A stretch of DNA of 64,000 nt from positions 3,925-67,924 of the forward strand of contig JALIBN010000008.1 in NCBI GenBank assembly GCA_030576275.1, given 5' to 3'. Position numbers and translations under genes: made by a program. Below the pieces are notes generated by a model. It did not search any database and was not told the origin of the DNA. It was given only the letters and a program-made list of their open reading frames with translations. Below are positions 60,262 through 64,000 of the stretch, in pieces. This DNA is from Pseudomonadota bacterium (GTDB lineage: Bacteria > Pseudomonadota > Gammaproteobacteria > Nitrosococcales > Methylophagaceae). Numbering within the stretch: the stretch's first letter is position 1; every line of letters starts with the position of its first letter.

Positions 60262-60531
60262 ATGACACCTGAAACAGTTCTAACCATCATGCAACAAACA
60301 CTGCATATCATTACATTATTGATTGCCGTGATCTTATTGCCAGCCTTATTTGTAGGCTTATTGGTTAGCATGTTTCAAGCCGCGACCTCAATTAATGAAC
60401 AAACCCTGAGTTTTATCCCAAAATTATTAGTTACTATTGCAGTATTAGTATTTGCAGGTCCTTGGATGTTAAGCCTACTTATGGGTTATGCCACACGCAT
60501 CTTTGAAGACATTCCTTTTTTGATCGGTTAA
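60262..60531 (+). CDS. fliQ: flagellar type III export protein FliQ
   Basis: 89 aa with two TM segments and the motif ATSINEQTLSFIPK. Confidence 0.95.
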   Translation: MTPETVLTIMQQTLHIITLLIAVILLPALFVGLLVSMFQAATSINEQTLSFIPKLLVTIAVLVFAGPWMLSLLMGYATRIFEDIPFLIG

Positions 60532-60543
60532 TCGACCTTCCTT

Positions 60544-61326
60544 ATGGATTTATCTACTGCTGAAATATCCGGTGTAATGGGTAGTTATTTATGGCCGTTT
60601 TTTAGGATTGCCGCTTTAGTCATGGCTGCGCCTATTTTCAGCAGTAATTTTGTCAATAATCGCAGTCGACTACTTATCGCTATTGCAATAAGCATCGTTA
60701 TCGTTCCTGCTATCCCTAATGCCGCACCAGCTGTAGAGCCACTTAGTGGCCAAGGCTTAATGATAGTCGCCCATCAAATTTTAATCGGTGCCTGCATGGG
60801 GTTTATGTTGCAGTTCCTATTTAATGCTTTCATTATCGGCGGGCAAATTATCGCTATGCAAATGGGCCTAGGTTTTGCCTCAATGATTGATCCACAAAAT
60901 GGCGTAACGGTACCTGTTATCAGCCAATTCTATTTAATTTTTGTCACATTAGTGTTTATTAGTCTTAATGGCCATTTAATTTTAATCCAAGTGCTTGCAG
61001 AGAGTTTTGTTACCCTCCCCATTATGTCCTCTGGTCTACCTGTTAGTAGCTTTCGGGATATTGTCGGCCAAGCTAGTTGGATGTATGCTTCAGGTGTACT
61101 TGTTGCTTTACCTGCAATTGGCTCCTTAATGATGGTCAATCTCGCTTTTGGTATTTTATCGCGTGCAGCACCCCAGATTAGTCCCTTTTCGATTGGTTTC
61201 CCGATGACCATTATTCTGGGGTTTTTCGTTATATATTTTACTTTACCAGCGGCATCAAATCACTTAGTGAATATGGCTGATTATATGCTACAAACTATAC
61301 GTTTATTGGTGCAACCAAATGGCTGA
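60544..61326 (+). CDS. fliR: flagellar type III export protein FliR
   Basis: 260-aa polytopic membrane protein in the conserved position after fliQ. Confidence 0.9.
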   Translation: MDLSTAEISGVMGSYLWPFFRIAALVMAAPIFSSNFVNNRSRLLIAIAISIVIVPAIPNAAPAVEPLSGQGLMIVAHQILIGACMGFMLQFLFNAFIIGGQIIAMQMGLGFASMIDPQNGVTVPVISQFYLIFVTLVFISLNGHLILIQVLAESFVTLPIMSSGLPVSSFRDIVGQASWMYASGVLVALPAIGSLMMVNLAFGILSRAAPQISPFSIGFPMTIILGFFVIYFTLPAASNHLVNMADYMLQTIRLLVQPNG

Positions 61327-62452
61327 AGAAACTGGTCAAGACAAAACGGAAGAGCCCTCTGCCAAGCGTCTGAATGACGCTCGCGAAAAAGGGCAAGTAC
61401 CCCGTTCTAAAGAATTCACCACCGTTTTGGTACTCATTGCCAGTGCCGCTGGCATGATGTTTTTAGGTGAACGGATGATCCGAAGTGTGTCTGAAGTCAT
61501 GACAAAATCATTCAGTTTTAGTCGCAAAGAAATATTTAACCCCGTAGAAATGGCTCATCACATTATTTATGCCTTGCAAACTATCTCTTTAGACTTAGGT
61601 GCCTTTTTAGGCATTACTGTATTAGCAGCACTGATTGCACCAGCAAGTACTGGCGGCTGGAATTTCTCAGCTCAAGCTATGGGTGTGAAATTGGAAAAAC
61701 TAGATCCTATAAAAGGTCTAAAACGTATTGTCGGCCCGCAAGGCTTAATTGAGCTGATTAAGGCACTAGCAAAATTTTTACTTGTTGGCATTATCTCCAC
61801 TTTAATTATTTGGAGTTTACGTGACCAATTATTGTCACTCGGTCAGCAAGAAGTAAATGCTGCAATGGCCGATCTTGGCATGTTGGTGCTTTGGGTCTTT
61901 ATGGCTATCTCCAGCAGTTTAATTTTGATCGCCCTCATTGATGTCCCTTTCCAACATTGGAATCATATCCGTCAACTTAAAATGACGAAGCAAGAAGTCA
62001 AAGATGAAAGCAAAGAAAGTGATGGTAACCCTGAGGTCAAAGGCCGGATCCGTCGCATGCAAATTGAGATATCACAACGACGCATGATGCAAGATGTACC
62101 TCAGGCTGACGTGATTATTACCAACCCTACTCACTATGCTGTTGCTCTACGCTATGACCAAACAGGTAATGGAGCCCCAACTGTTGTTGCCAAAGGAGTC
62201 GACTTAATTGCACAACAAATTCGAATGGTGGGAGAGGCAAATGAAGTACCCGTTTTATCCGCTCCGCCATTAACTCGCGCTATTTATTTTAGTACCGAAA
62301 TAGGTGAAGAAATCCCTTCTGGTCTATATATTGCAGTAGCTCAAGTATTAGCGTTTGTCTTCCAGTTACGTCGCTATAATACTCGTGGTGGTCGTAAGCC
62401 TCATATTAAACCGGAGGACCTGCCAATACCAGATGAACTAAAAAGAGATTAA
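61319..62452 (+). CDS. flhB: flagellar type III export switch protein FlhB
   Basis: It starts with EETGQDKTEEPSAKRL and carries the autocleavage motif NPTH(Y) in ITNPTHYAVAL. Confidence 0.95.
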   Translation: MAEETGQDKTEEPSAKRLNDAREKGQVPRSKEFTTVLVLIASAAGMMFLGERMIRSVSEVMTKSFSFSRKEIFNPVEMAHHIIYALQTISLDLGAFLGITVLAALIAPASTGGWNFSAQAMGVKLEKLDPIKGLKRIVGPQGLIELIKALAKFLLVGIISTLIIWSLRDQLLSLGQQEVNAAMADLGMLVLWVFMAISSSLILIALIDVPFQHWNHIRQLKMTKQEVKDESKESDGNPEVKGRIRRMQIEISQRRMMQDVPQADVIITNPTHYAVALRYDQTGNGAPTVVAKGVDLIAQQIRMVGEANEVPVLSAPPLTRAIYFSTEIGEEIPSGLYIAVAQVLAFVFQLRRYNTRGGRKPHIKPEDLPIPDELKRD

Positions 62453-62460
62453 AGCTACCA

Positions 62461-64000
62461 ATGGAAAAGAATGATTTATTTACGCGTTTAAAACCAATGT
62501 TCAGCGGCAGTATGGGCGCCCCGATAATTGTTGTGGCATTACTTGCCATGGTGGTTTTACCTCTCCCCCCGTTCCTTTTAGACTTACTTTTTAGTTTTAA
62601 TATTGCGTTATCTTTAACCATTATGTTGGCGAGTATTTACGTACTCAAACCATTACATTTTGCATCATTTCCTGCCATATTGCTGATTGCCACCCTATTA
62701 CGTCTGGCCTTGAATGTCGCTTCTACCCGTATCGTGCTGATGGAAGGACACACTGGTACTGATGCCGCCGGTAAAGTAATCGAAGCCTTTGGCGAGTTTG
62801 TTATTGGTGGTAACTACACCGTTGGCTTTGTAGTGTTTGCAATCCTGGTTATCATTAACTTTGTCGTCGTAACCAAAGGTGCCACTCGTATCGCCGAAGT
62901 CAGCGCCCGTTTTACCTTAGATTCGATGCCAGGTAAACAAATGGCGATTGACGCCGATCTTAATGCAGGACTGATAGATCAAGATCAAGCTCGCAGTCGC
63001 CGCGAAGAAATTATGCAAGAATCTGATTTTTACGGTTCTATGGATGGTGCTAGTAAATTTGTTCGTGGTGATGCGGTCGCCGGTATTTTGATTCTGTTCA
63101 TCAACATCATTGGTGGTTTTATCATCGGTGTTGCTCAACATGATTTAAGCTTTGCTGAAGCCGCTCATAACTACACCTTGCTTACCATTGGTGATGGTCT
63201 GGTTGCTCAAATACCATCTTTATTATTATCCACTGCTGCAGCGTTATTGGTCACCCGCACCACGAAAGAAGAAGATATGGGTGCAGAAGTCGTTAAGCAA
63301 TTATTCAAAGATCCTAAAACCTTAATCGTCACCTCAGCTATTATCGGTGCGATGGGACTGATACCTGGCATGCCGAATCTACCCTTTTTAATTCTTGCTT
63401 GTTCTGGTGGCTTAGGTGCTTGGTTATTACTTGAACGTCAAAAAGCTGCCACTGCACTTCCCGTAGTGAATGCTCCCGTTGAAACACCCAAAGAACAACG
63501 CGACCTGAGTTGGGATGATCTCAACCCTATTGATCCTATTGGTTTAGAAGTTGGCTACCGACTTATTCCATTGGTTGATAAAAATCAGGGTGGTCAGTTA
63601 ATGAATCGAATCAAAGGCATACGAAAAAAGATATCACAAGAATTAGGTTTTTTAATTCCGCCTGTTCATATTCGCGATAACTTGGACTTAGCACCAACAG
63701 CCTATCAAATCACTTTATTTGGCGTCACCTTTGGTGAGGCTGAAATTCATCCCGAACGGATGATGGCCATTAACCCAGGTCAAGTTTTTGGCGAATTGGC
63801 CGGCATAAAAAGTAAAGATCCTGCGTTTGGTCTAGATGCAGTGTGGATTGAGCCTAATCAAAGAGAACATGCACAAGCACAAGGCTACACCGTGGTGGAT
63901 GTTGATACCGTTATTGCAACTCATTTAAGTAAAATATTACAAACCCATGCTCAAGATTTATTAGGCAGAGAAGAAGTTCAGCAACTACTTGATAATCTTG
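62461..64000 (+). CDS. flhA: flagellar type III export gate protein FlhA (3' end outside window)
   Basis: It is absent from the ORF track because it has no stop inside the window. Translated by hand from ATG 62461: MEKNDLFTRLKPMF...FTLDSMPGKQMAIDADLNAG...MDGASKFVRGDA... Confidence 0.95.
   Translation, partial: MEKNDLFTRLKPMFSGSMGAPIIVVALLAMVVLPLPPFLLDLLFSFNIALSLTIMLASIYVLKPLHFASFPAILLIATLLRLALNVASTRIVLMEGHTGTDAAGKVIEAFGEFVIGGNYTVGFVVFAILVIINFVVVTKGATRIAEVSARFTLDSMPGKQMAIDADLNAGLIDQDQARSRREEIMQESDFYGSMDGASKFVRGDAVAGILILFINIIGGFIIGVAQHDLSFAEAAHNYTLLTIGDGLVAQIPSLLLSTAAALLVTRTTKEEDMGAEVVKQLFKDPKTLIVTSAIIGAMGLIPGMPNLPFLILACSGGLGAWLLLERQKAATALPVVNAPVETPKEQRDLSWDDLNPIDPIGLEVGYRLIPLVDKNQGGQLMNRIKGIRKKISQELGFLIPPVHIRDNLDLAPTAYQITLFGVTFGEAEIHPERMMAINPGQVFGELAGIKSKDPAFGLDAVWIEPNQREHAQAQGYTVVDVDTVIATHLSKILQTHAQDLLGREEVQQLLDNL

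Noticed and set aside
1-64000. Scan of the whole window for CRISPR arrays, rRNA genes, IS transposases, toxin-antitoxin pairs or known defence-system hallmarks.
   Set aside because: I found no regularly spaced short repeats, rRNA-like sequence, transposase-like ORF or recognisable defence gene. The only mobile DNA seen is the tRNA-His island.

Overview
The window is 64 kb of an AT-rich gammaproteobacterial chromosome. The evidence is the conserved ndk-rlmN-pilW-rodZ-ispG-hisS order and a polar-type fliL-to-flhA flagellar export block. Most of it is ordinary housekeeping DNA:
- a MoxR/DUF58/BatA-BatD operon
- bioA, an M23 peptidase and anmK
- a glycogen/polyphosphate storage cluster (glgC, GH57, malQ and gcvH, divergent from glgB and ppk2)
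- a ybgA-merR-phrB photolyase operon, divergent from yfcH-like and hemH
- pgi, hisS, ispG, rodZ, pilW, rlmN, ndk, nadK, recN, fur, bamE and a beta-carbonic anhydrase
- a Lon-like AAA protease, a PilZ protein, coq7, cheV, rnr, a P-type ATPase, Hsp20 and psd
- fliL through flhA; flhA runs off the 3' edge

Accessory or unusual content:
1. A 427-aa protein is built from 27 WY(E/Q)AN repeats (36158-37441). A small secreted protein lies upstream and remnant-containing non-coding DNA lies on both sides. I cannot assign it to any repeat family. It is my best candidate for something undescribed.
2. A 3.8-kb decayed integrative island sits at tRNA-His, bounded by perfect 47-nt direct repeats. It carries a broken tyrosine integrase, an OMP fragment, a Sel1-repeat secreted protein, a KTSC-domain ORF, an orphan 23-codon pqqA with its own terminator, and a C12 homopolymer.
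3. Further decay is visible: an HDOD pseudogene next to the island, a GGDEF remnant between cheV and coq7, and a tRNA-Leu(CAG) with an imperfect acceptor stem.

I saw no rRNA, CRISPR array or IS transposase. I also saw no convincing multi-gene defence-type or biosynthetic system. All calls come from reading the sequence and the ORF track; no searches were run.
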